DNA from: Candidatus Methylomirabilota bacterium
Lineage (GTDB): Bacteria; Methylomirabilota; Methylomirabilia; Rokubacteriales; CSP1-6
DNA: 20,214 nucleotides
Direction of reading: 5' to 3'
Assembly: GCA_046726415.1 (NCBI GenBank)
Contig: JBKPAK010000246.1
Location: 1-20,214 of the forward strand
The notes beneath the pieces are model-generated. The model did not search any database, was not told the DNA's origin, and was given only the letters and a program-made list of their open reading frames with translations. The position numbers and the translations under genes are program-made. How positions within the stretch are numbered: position 1 is the stretch's first letter; each line of letters opens with the position of its first letter. This document shows positions 9,946 through 17,520 of the stretch, piece after piece.

Positions 9946-11603
9946 CACGCCTGCGAGGCGGCCTCGGCGGCGGCCCGCCCGCCCTGCGGGACGAGCCCGG
10001 TCGGGCGCCACTGGAGGAACCAGATCACGATGAGGAGGACGGCGACCTTCGCATACACGGCAGATGCCGTCCCGCCGATGGCGGGCTCGAGGAGCTTGTT
10101 GACCAGGCCAAGCCCGAAGGCGGCGACCACGGTTCCCGTGAGGCTCGCCACACCGCCGAGCACGACGACCATGAACGCGTCGACGATGTAGGTCTTGCCG
10201 ACCTCCGGATCGACCGTGCCGATGAGGGCGAGGGCGCAACCCGCCATTCCGGCCAAGGCGGTGCCGAGCGCGAAGGTGATGGCATCGATCCGCCGCGTCG
10301 AGACTCCGAGGGACGACGCCATGGCCCGGTTCTGCATCACCGCGCGGACCTTGAGTCCCGGATAGGAGCGCTGGAGGAGAAGCCACAGCGCGACGAGGGC
10401 CGCCAGGGCCAGCCCGATGATGAACATCCGGCTCCACGGGAAGACCAGCCCGGGCATGATCTCGAGGCCGCCGCGCAGCCATGTCGGCGAGTTCACGCTC
10501 GTCTGGTCGCCGAACCAGAGGCGAGCGCCCTGCTGCAGGATGAGCCCGACGCCCCAGGTCACGATGAGCGTCTCCAGCGGCCGGCCGTAGAGGAACCGAA
10601 TCACCGCACTCTCCAGCGCCAGCCCGACCAGCCCCGCCACGAGGAACGACAGGGGCAGGGCCACGAAGAAGTAGGAGTCCTGGTAGGCGGGCAGGCGCGT
10701 GGCGAAGACCTCCTGCACCACATAGGCGGTGTAGGAGCCAATCATCAGCATCTCCCCGTGCGCCATGTTGATGATGCCCATGAGCCCGAAGGTCACCGCG
10801 AGCCCCAGGCTCATGAGGAGCAGGACGGCGCCCAGGCTCACACCGTTGAACAGGTAGCCCACCAGTCCGCGGATCCCGATGTATGACTCCAGACTGCGCT
10901 GCGCCTCGCTGGCCGCCGTGCGCACACCGGCATCAGGGTCCTCGGCGGCCAGGGCGCGAAGCTGGGCCAGCGCGGCCTCGGAGCGCGAGGCGGCCAGGAA
11001 CCGTACCGCCTCGATCCGCGCCGCCGGGTCGGGCGCGCTCAGCCGCAACTTGGCCATGCCCTCTACCAGGAGCGCGCGGATCTCCGGTACCTGCTCGCGC
11101 GCCAGGACGCGTGCCAGGATCGACACCGCGGCAGGATCGCGCGAGTTGGCCAGTTTGAGGGCGGCGGCCTTGCGAACGTCGGGCTTGGGGCTGAAGATCT
11201 CGAAGCGTTGGAGGGCCTGCTGGATCGGACCGAAGAGCGACTCCTCGACGGCGACGGCCTCCTGCCCCGACTCGATGGCCAGCGGCGCCCCCTGCGCATC
11301 GACGGCCGGGCGCCCCCGAATATCGCGCGCGCTGCCATCGTCGGCGAGCACCACGAGCCGGTCCTTGACCTGGTAGAGCGCGCCGTCCTTCAAGGCGCGC
11401 AGAAGCGCCTCGACGCCAGGATCACCGAGCTGCACGAGCGCCTGGATCGCCGCGCGCTGCCGCGCGGGCTCGGCGAGCGACGCGGCCAGTCCCTCGAAGT
11501 CGCCCGCGGGCGTCGGCGAGGCAGGAGCGGCGTAGGCCGCCCCGGCTCCCAGCACGAGGGCGATGAGCAGCGCGAGGCTACTTAGGATTTTTCCGACAGC
11601 CAC
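9945..11603 (-). CDS. urtB: Urea ABC transporter permease UrtB with an N-terminal helical (HEAT-like) extracytoplasmic domain (about 552 aa)
   Basis: Signal-like N-terminus from GTG 11603; GLAVTFGLMGIINMAHGE, LYGRPLETL, RAVMQNR, FMVVVLGG. Confidence 0.92.
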   Translation of the reverse strand: MAVGKILSSLALLIALVLGAGAAYAAPASPTPAGDFEGLAASLAEPARQRAAIQALVQLGDPGVEALLRALKDGALYQVKDRLVVLADDGSARDIRGRPAVDAQGAPLAIESGQEAVAVEESLFGPIQQALQRFEIFSPKPDVRKAAALKLANSRDPAAVSILARVLAREQVPEIRALLVEGMAKLRLSAPDPAARIEAVRFLAASRSEAALAQLRALAAEDPDAGVRTAASEAQRSLESYIGIRGLVGYLFNGVSLGAVLLLMSLGLAVTFGLMGIINMAHGEMLMIGSYTAYVVQEVFATRLPAYQDSYFFVALPLSFLVAGLVGLALESAVIRFLYGRPLETLIVTWGVGLILQQGARLWFGDQTSVNSPTWLRGGLEIMPGLVFPWSRMFIIGLALAALVALWLLLQRSYPGLKVRAVMQNRAMASSLGVSTRRIDAITFALGTALAGMAGCALALIGTVDPEVGKTYIVDAFMVVVLGGVASLTGTVVAAFGLGLVNKLLEPAIGGTASAVYAKVAVLLIVIWFLQWRPTGLVPQGGRAAAEAASQA

Positions 11604-12907
11604 ACGCGCTTGCCGCCGACCGTGTCGTAGGTACCCTTGCCGCCCTTGGACCAGTCGCAGGCGCGGCCGGGATAGGTCAGGCCGCTCCACGGCTCGGGCG
11701 CCACCCAGCCCTTCGACTTCCAGACGACGTCGAACTGGCCGTCCTCGCGGATCTTCCCGATGTACACCGGCTTCCAGGTGTGATGGTTCTTCTCGTCGAC
11801 CTTGTACTTGCCGACCGGGCTCACGATGTCGAGCCCCTCGATGGCCTTCAGCACCTTGTCGACCTCGGTGCTCTCCGCCTTGGCCGCCGCCTTCGCCCAG
11901 AGCTTGACGTGGATAAAGGCGTGCATCATCGGGTCATCGGTCACCGCCTGCTTGTCGGCGATGTTCTGCTTCTTCGCCCAGTCCTTATAGGTTTTCACCC
12001 ACTTCAGGTTCTCGGGCGTCTTGATCGACATGAAGTAGTTCCACGACGCCAGATGTCCGACGAGTGGCTTGACGTCGAGGGTCTGCAGCTCGACTTCCGC
12101 AAAGCTGAAGGACATGACCGGGCACTTGTCGGCCGTCAGTCCCTGGTTGGCCAGTTCCTTGAAGAAGGGCACGTTGCTGTCGCCATTGATGGTGTTGATC
12201 ACTGCCGCGTCGCCGCTGGCCGCGAAGCTCTTGATCTTGCCGACGATCGTCTGATAGTCCTGGTGGTGGAACGGCGTGTACTCCTCGGCGATGGCCGAGT
12301 CCGGCACCTTCTTCGTCTTGTTCAAGTACATGCGAAGGATCTTGTTGGTGGTCCGTGGGTACACGTAGTCCGACCCGAGGAGATAGAACTTCTTCTTGGC
12401 GCCGCCGTCAGGCCCCATCAGATAGTCGACGCCGGGCGTGGCCTGCTGGTTGATCGTCGCCCCCGTATAGATGACGTTCTTGGAGCACTCCTCGCCCTCG
12501 TACTGCACGGGATAGAAGAGGAGGCCGTTGTTCTTCTCGAACACGGGCAGCACCGACTTGCGGCTCACCGATGTCCAGCAGCCGAAGACCGCGGCGACCT
12601 TGTCTTGCAGCAGCAGCTTCTTGGACTTCTCCGCGAAGAGGTCCCAGTTGGACGCCGGGTCCTCCACGATAGCCTCGACTTTGCGCCCCAGGACGCCGCC
12701 ACTGGCGTTCACCTCAGCGATGGCCATCAGGATGACTTCCTTCAGCGGCGCCTCGCTGATGGCCATCGTTCCGCTGAGCGAGTGCAGCACCCCTACCTTG
12801 ATGGGCTCCTGCGCGCCCAGACCCCGGGGGAGGGCCAGGCCACCTGCTACCGTGGCGCTGGCGGCGAGTGATCCCCTGAGGAAGTCACGACGAGAGCAAG
12901 TGGACAT
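11582..12907 (-). CDS. urtA: Urea ABC transporter substrate-binding protein UrtA (441 aa) with a twin-arginine signal peptide
   Basis: AAAGGAGG SD before ATG 12907; SRRDFL Tat motif; GVLHSLSGTMAISE, FGCWTSVSRK, YPVQYEG, GSDYVYPRT, INGDSN. Confidence 0.96.
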   Translation of the reverse strand: MSTCSRRDFLRGSLAASATVAGGLALPRGLGAQEPIKVGVLHSLSGTMAISEAPLKEVILMAIAEVNASGGVLGRKVEAIVEDPASNWDLFAEKSKKLLLQDKVAAVFGCWTSVSRKSVLPVFEKNNGLLFYPVQYEGEECSKNVIYTGATINQQATPGVDYLMGPDGGAKKKFYLLGSDYVYPRTTNKILRMYLNKTKKVPDSAIAEEYTPFHHQDYQTIVGKIKSFAASGDAAVINTINGDSNVPFFKELANQGLTADKCPVMSFSFAEVELQTLDVKPLVGHLASWNYFMSIKTPENLKWVKTYKDWAKKQNIADKQAVTDDPMMHAFIHVKLWAKAAAKAESTEVDKVLKAIEGLDIVSPVGKYKVDEKNHHTWKPVYIGKIREDGQFDVVWKSKGWVAPEPWSGLTYPGRACDWSKGGKGTYDTVGGKRVWLSEKS

Positions 12908-12969
12908 CGACGCCTCCTTTCTGCGAGCCGTTCGTGCGATTGCCGAGCCCTCCGAAGTGCAGTGTGCTG

Positions 12970-13034
12970 GGGTGCGCCCGCGGCGCACCCGTTCGCCGCC
13001 TCACTGCCGCGAAGTCGGCGAGACGTCGTTGTCC
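12970..13034 (-). promoter_or_regulatory. Structured urtA 5' leader with candidate ANTAR-binding dual hexaloop hairpins and an overlapping GC-rich stem
   Basis: P1 GGAC-AACGAC-GUCU (13021-13034); P2 GCG-AACGGG-UGC (12985-12996); perfect 9-bp stem GGGUGCGCC/GGCGCACCC (12970-12990) overlaps P2. Confidence 0.55.
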
Positions 13035-13050
13035 GCGCCCACGCGCAGAT

Positions 13051-13066
13051 AGCAAGGACCATACCG
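13051..13066 (-). promoter_or_regulatory. Sigma-54 (-24/-12) promoter for urtABCDE
   Basis: CGGTATG-GTCC-TTGCT, i.e. GG-N10-GC, close to consensus TGGCACG-N4-TTGCW; predicted start site near 13040. Confidence 0.75.
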
Positions 13067-13116
13067 GAAGGGACCGCGCGTTGTCGGGTAGTTACCGCGC
13101 GATGGGGCGCATCACA

Positions 13117-13163
13117 TGCCCAGGGAAGAGTCAGCCGAGCGCGATCTGACTCATTCGTGGGCA
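13117..13163. promoter_or_regulatory. Pair of 17-bp enhancer-like sites (candidate NtrC-type activator binding)
   Basis: TGCCCA-N5-GAGTCA (13117-13133) and the inverse arrangement TGACTC-N5-TGGGCA (13147-13163), centres 30 bp apart. Confidence 0.6.
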
Positions 13164-13190
13164 GTCCTGAGCATCTCGCCCGTTATGCCG

Positions 13191-13196
13191 TAAAGT
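13191..13196 (+). promoter_or_regulatory. Putative -10 element TAAAGT for a leaderless transcript of the molybdoprotein gene
   Basis: TAAAGT lies 7 nt before ATG 13204; no SD visible. Confidence 0.45.
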
Positions 13197-13203
13197 GTCG
13201 GGC

Positions 13204-15510
13204 ATGACTTCACAGCACGACGATCATCGCTATATCGGCCGACCCATGAAGCGCCGCGAGGACCCGCGTCTCTTGCTCGGAGCTGGCCGCTACGTGGACG
13301 ACCTCGTGCCGCCGGGGTGCCTGCACGTCGCCTTCGTCCGCTCGCCGCACGCGCACGCCAACATCAGCCGTCTGGACGCAAAGCCCGCCCGCCAGGCCTC
13401 TGGCGTAGTCGCCGTGGTCACCGGGGACGAGGTCGCGCACCTCGGTCCGATGCCGGTGAACCGTCTCATACCCGACATGAAGGTGCCCCCGCATCCACTC
13501 ATCGCGGTGGAGCGCGTTCACGCGGTGGGAGTGCCGGTGGCTGCGGTGGTGGCCGAGAGCCCATACGCGGCCCGGGACGCCGCGGAGCTGGTGCAGGTGG
13601 AGTATGAACCGCTGCCCGCCGCCGTGGACGCCGAAGCAGCGCTCGACGGCACGGCGCCCGCGCTGTACCCCCAGATCGAGGGCAATCGGTCGTTCCGCCG
13701 CGTCATCCGGCAGGGGGACGCGACCCGTGCCGTAGAGGCGGCCGCCCACCGAGTGGTCCTTCGAGTCGAGCAGGCGCGGCTGTCCGCGGTGGCCATCGAG
13801 CCGCGCGCCGTCCTGGCGAGTTTCGATCCCACGACCGACGATCTGACCTTGTGGGTGTCTTGTCAGGCGCCGTTCCGAATCCGCGCCGAGGTGGCGCGCC
13901 TCCTGGCGATGCCCGAAGCACGCGTGCGCGTGATCGCTCCCGACGTGGGCGGCGGCTTCGGGGTCAAGAGCGGTCCATACCGGGAAGAAGTCGTGCTGGC
14001 GTGGTTGGCCCCACGACTGCGCCGGCCGCTGAAGTGGATCGCCACGCGCCGTGAGGACATGATGACGACGAGCCACGCGCGCGGCATGGTCTGTGACGGC
14101 GAACTGGCGCTCGATGGCGAGGGGCGTATCCTGGCGCTCCGCGGTCGCGTGTGCGCCCCCCTGGGAGCGTCACTGCTCAACGCGGCCGCGGGGTCTCCCT
14201 GGAACCACGCGCGCCTGCTTCCGGGGGCCTACCAGATCCCGGCCTGCGAGATCGAGGTGACGGGCGCACTCACCACCACCGCCCCCCTCGCCGCTTATCG
14301 CGGCGCCGGGCGACCAGAGGCTTGCTTCTTCATCGAGCGGCTCATGGATAGGGCCGCGGGTGTGGTTGGCCTCGACCCGGCGGAGATCCGGCGCCGCAAC
14401 TTCGTACGGCCGGACGCCTTTCCCTACCGCACCGTGACCGGGCAGATTTACGACTCGGGCGACTACCCGCGGGCCCTCGCTCGGGCCCTGGAAGCGGCCG
14501 ATTACACGGCGCTGCGGCGCGCCCAGGAGGAACGGCGCGGCCGCGGCGAGATCGTCGGCGTCGGGCTGGCTAGCTATGTGGAGCCCTGCGCGCTCGGCTG
14601 GGAAAGCGGCAGCGTGAAGGTCGAGCGCTCGGGGAAGGTCACGGCCATCACCGGGTCGAGCGCGCACGGCCAGGGGCACGAGACGACGTTCGCGCAGATC
14701 GTCGCCGACCACCTCGGGACGACACCGGACGAAGTCGAGGTCGTGCACGGAGACACGCGCAGCGGCCCGGAGGGCTTCGGCACGTTCGGCAGCCGCAGCG
14801 TGGCCCTTGGCGGCGGCGCGCTCGCTCGCGTGGCCACGGAGGTCGCGGAGAAAGGCCGACGCATCGCGGCCCGGCTGCTGGAAGCGGCTCCGGCAGATGT
14901 GACGAGTGTCACCGGGGGATTCCAGGTTATCGGCGTTCCCCAGCGACGCGTGACCTGGAAGGACGTGGCCACCACCGCGTATGCCGGCGGCGCGGCCCTC
15001 CCCTCCGGGGAGGCTCCCGGGCTCGAGGCGACGGTCTACTTCGACCCGCAGGCCGAGGTGTGGAGCTTCGGAGCGGTGGTCGCGGTGGTTTCGATCGAGG
15101 GCGAGACCTGCCGCCCGGCGATCGAGACGCTCCTCTGGGTGGACGATGCGGGGACGATCATCAATCCACTCCTGGCCGAGGGTCAGCTGCACGGCTCGCT
15201 GGCGCAGGGATTCGGCCAGACGCTCCTGGAGCGCATCGTGTACGACACCGATGGCCAGCTACTGTCGGGGACGCTGATGGACTACGCGGTGCCGCGCGCC
15301 GACGACGTCCCCATGGTGACCATCGAGAAGATGCACACGCCATCCCCCCGCAACCCGCTCGGGGCCAAGGGCCTGGGCGAGGCCGGATGCATCGCCATCC
15401 CGCCGGCCATCGTCAACGCGGCCGTGGACGCGCTTGCCCCGTTCGGCATCACCCATCTCGACATGCCCCTCACGCCGCAGCGCATCTGGGAGGCCCTGGG
15501 CCCGCGCTGA
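13204..15510 (+). CDS. Xanthine dehydrogenase family molybdopterin-binding large subunit (form II CoxL-like, about 768 aa)
   Basis: RREDPRLL.G.GRYVDD, VRSPHAHA, DVGGGFGVK, AYRGAGRPE, HGQGHETT, GTFGSRS, NPLGAKGLGEAG. Confidence 0.93.
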   Translation: MTSQHDDHRYIGRPMKRREDPRLLLGAGRYVDDLVPPGCLHVAFVRSPHAHANISRLDAKPARQASGVVAVVTGDEVAHLGPMPVNRLIPDMKVPPHPLIAVERVHAVGVPVAAVVAESPYAARDAAELVQVEYEPLPAAVDAEAALDGTAPALYPQIEGNRSFRRVIRQGDATRAVEAAAHRVVLRVEQARLSAVAIEPRAVLASFDPTTDDLTLWVSCQAPFRIRAEVARLLAMPEARVRVIAPDVGGGFGVKSGPYREEVVLAWLAPRLRRPLKWIATRREDMMTTSHARGMVCDGELALDGEGRILALRGRVCAPLGASLLNAAAGSPWNHARLLPGAYQIPACEIEVTGALTTTAPLAAYRGAGRPEACFFIERLMDRAAGVVGLDPAEIRRRNFVRPDAFPYRTVTGQIYDSGDYPRALARALEAADYTALRRAQEERRGRGEIVGVGLASYVEPCALGWESGSVKVERSGKVTAITGSSAHGQGHETTFAQIVADHLGTTPDEVEVVHGDTRSGPEGFGTFGSRSVALGGGALARVATEVAEKGRRIAARLLEAAPADVTSVTGGFQVIGVPQRRVTWKDVATTAYAGGAALPSGEAPGLEATVYFDPQAEVWSFGAVVAVVSIEGETCRPAIETLLWVDDAGTIINPLLAEGQLHGSLAQGFGQTLLERIVYDTDGQLLSGTLMDYAVPRADDVPMVTIEKMHTPSPRNPLGAKGLGEAGCIAIPPAIVNAAVDALAPFGITHLDMPLTPQRIWEALGPR

Positions 15511-15674
15511 TCACCCGGTGGTGACTCGCGCGATCGCAACGCGGAGGCGTCCTCGCGGCCCGAGGCGCGTCGACAACGTGACGACAGCGGGCGTCCCCTC
15601 GTAGTGTCACCGCCGCGAGGCCGGGTCGATGGCGATGCTCAACTCTCCGTGACTCCGTCGTCGCCGAGAGGACC

Positions 15675-15852
15675 ATGGACAGAATCCGCATCGCCTGCGC
15701 GAACCGCGGGGCGGGCACCGCGCCCGTCTTCGCCGCCGTCGAGGGCGGCTCCTTCCGCGACAACGGTCTCGATACCCAGCTGATCGACCCTCCCGGCCAC
15801 CGCAGGCACTCGGCGATTCCTCGAGGCGCATCCGGACGTGGCCAAGCGTGCG
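15675..15852 (+). pseudogene. Remnant of an SsuA/NMT1(THI5)-like ABC substrate-binding protein
   Basis: GAGAGG SD plus ATG; MDRIRIACANRGAGTAPVFAAVEGGSFRDNGLDTQLI resembles the family N-terminus; a shifted frame from 15808 reads TRRFLEAHPDVAKR, typical of the C-terminal half. Confidence 0.6.
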
Positions 15853-16530
15853 CTAGGGCTGGACCTTCTTCGCCTGCTCGGCGATGGCCTTGGCGATGGC
15901 GGAGGCCGTCCGCGTGACGTCGCGCTCCGAGGCGTGGCGAGACATGACGAACTTCGCCGCCGCCACGTAGGGATTCAGCTTCACGATGGCGCCGGGCATC
16001 TTCCCGCTGGCGTCGCTCGCATCGAGCGTGTAGAAGGGCGCGTCGGGGTTGCGGGCGAGGTCGGTCACGCCCACCCAGAGCTGTAGCTCGCTTTCTCCGG
16101 CCCCGAAGCCCACCATGGCGCGGCGGAGTTGGTTGCCCTCGTCCAGCTGGGTCACCACGCCGCGCACCAGCCATCCGCTCGTCGGTTTCGGATCGCCGGG
16201 ATAGAGCCGCTGGGCGGGCACGCCGTCGCCGATCAGATCGTCGGTGATGGATGCGGCCATCAGGTCGACCTGAGCGTGCGCCTTCTGGACGGGATCACCG
16301 CCCTGGAGCCGCTCTCTGACCCTGCCGAGCAGACCCTGGCGCATGAGCGAGGGATTCTGGTTTCCCGGTGGGAATTCGAGATCGAAGTCCGTGACGTACA
16401 CCATGGTTGGGCGCGTCGTGGGAGCGGGATCGACGCTGGTCACCGGGGTAACCGTGGGCTGATGCGGCCCGATCCCGCCTCCACAGCCGGCCAAATACGC
16501 AAACGCCACCACCCACCATGCGCCTTTCAT
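15853..16530 (-). CDS. Lipoprotein, DUF4410-like (225 aa)
   Basis: AGGAGG SD before ATG 16530; lipobox LAGC; VYVTDF and DEGNQLRRAMVGFGAG motifs. Confidence 0.8.
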   Translation of the reverse strand: MKGAWWVVAFAYLAGCGGGIGPHQPTVTPVTSVDPAPTTRPTMVYVTDFDLEFPPGNQNPSLMRQGLLGRVRERLQGGDPVQKAHAQVDLMAASITDDLIGDGVPAQRLYPGDPKPTSGWLVRGVVTQLDEGNQLRRAMVGFGAGESELQLWVGVTDLARNPDAPFYTLDASDASGKMPGAIVKLNPYVAAAKFVMSRHASERDVTRTASAIAKAIAEQAKKVQP

Positions 16531-16660
16531 GGCCTTCCTCCTGGCTCGGCGTGGCACTCCTCCGCTTCGTATCCCACGGGCGAGCCGGCGCCTATCGTCT
16601 CATGGTCGGTTGGCGGCAGAGCGCACGTCGATTAGCCAGCGCTGCTCACTGGCCAGGCAT

Positions 16661-17427
16661 TCAGGCCGACTGCAACGGCGTCTCGATCTGCCCGACGCCA
16701 CCGTGCTGGTCCTCCAGGGCGTGGCCTTCATCGTAGGCATCGCCGCGTCTCCGGCAACGGCCAGCGCGAGCTGGTCGAGGCGCTCATCGGCCAGCGTCCG
16801 CCTCTCGCCGGGACCATCCGGGTGGGCGGCCAGCCGTATCGAGCCAGCCGGCGTGAGATCCGCTTTCACCGGGCCTTCAGCCTGCCGGAGGAGCCTCTGC
16901 GAAGCGCATGCGTGCCGGCCATGAGCATCGCCGAGAACATGGCCCTGCGGAACTTCGACCGAGCGCCGCTGTCCACTGGCCCGTGGTTCCGCCATCGCGC
17001 CATGGTGGGCCAAGCCGAGCGATAGATCGCCGAGTTCAACGTGAAGACCCAGGGGGCGGATGCCCCGGTCGCGACGCTGTCGGGCGGCAACGTGCAGCGG
17101 GCGGTGCTGGCCCGCGAGCTGTCCGAGCCGGTGTCGGTCTTGATCGCGGCGAACCCGGTATTCGGGCTCGACTTCGCGGCGGTGGCCGAGATCCACGACC
17201 GGATTCTCGCCGCGCGCGAGGCGGGCGCGGCCGTGCTGCTGGTGAGCGAGGATCTCGACGAGCTGCTGGAGCTGTCGGACCGGATCGTCGTGATGTTCGA
17301 GGGCCGCCTTGTGCACGAGACGGCGACCGCCACCGCCGACACCGCCGTCATCGGCCGGTGGATGGCGGGTCACGGCGGATCAGAGGCCACGACCACCGAG
17401 GGGGCCACCACGGAGCGAAAGCCATGA
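16661..17427 (+). pseudogene. Chimeric ABC transporter pseudogene: nucleoside/BMP-type permease C-terminal fragment fused to the second nucleotide-binding domain of a CUT2-family ATPase
   Basis: LQRRLDLPDATVLVLQG (permease-like), then IVGIA, a 1-nt frameshift at about 16745, VSGNGQRELVE...; in-frame TAG at 17023-17025; LSGGNVQRAVLAREL, LLVSEDLDELLELSDRIVVM. Confidence 0.8.
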
Positions 17428-17475
17428 GCGACCTCCCAACGATCGCATCCTCTCTCATCGCGGACCGGACGGTTC

Positions 17476-17505
17476 TTGACGGCGCGCCCGCCACTGGAGC
17501 ACGAT
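17476..17505 (+). promoter_or_regulatory. Putative sigma-70-type promoter
   Basis: TTGACG-N18-CACGAT ending 15 nt before ATG 17521. Confidence 0.45.
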
Positions 17506-17520
17506 GGCCAGGCGAAAGCC

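Noticed and set aside
12970-12990. Intrinsic terminator
   Set aside because: Strong stem but no U-tract on the transcribed (minus) strand; kept only as part of the leader model
12908-13040. Glutamine or guanidine riboswitch in the urtA leader
   Set aside because: Could not match the conserved cores of those motifs by eye; the hexaloop pattern fits ANTAR better, and an Rfam scan would settle it
13204-15510. Bona fide aerobic CO dehydrogenase CoxL
   Set aside because: Has AYRGAGR rather than AYxCSFR and lacks coxMS/coxDEF neighbours
15511-15565. Short hairpins after the molybdoprotein stop as a terminator
   Set aside because: Stems of only about 5 bp with no U-tract in a high-GC background
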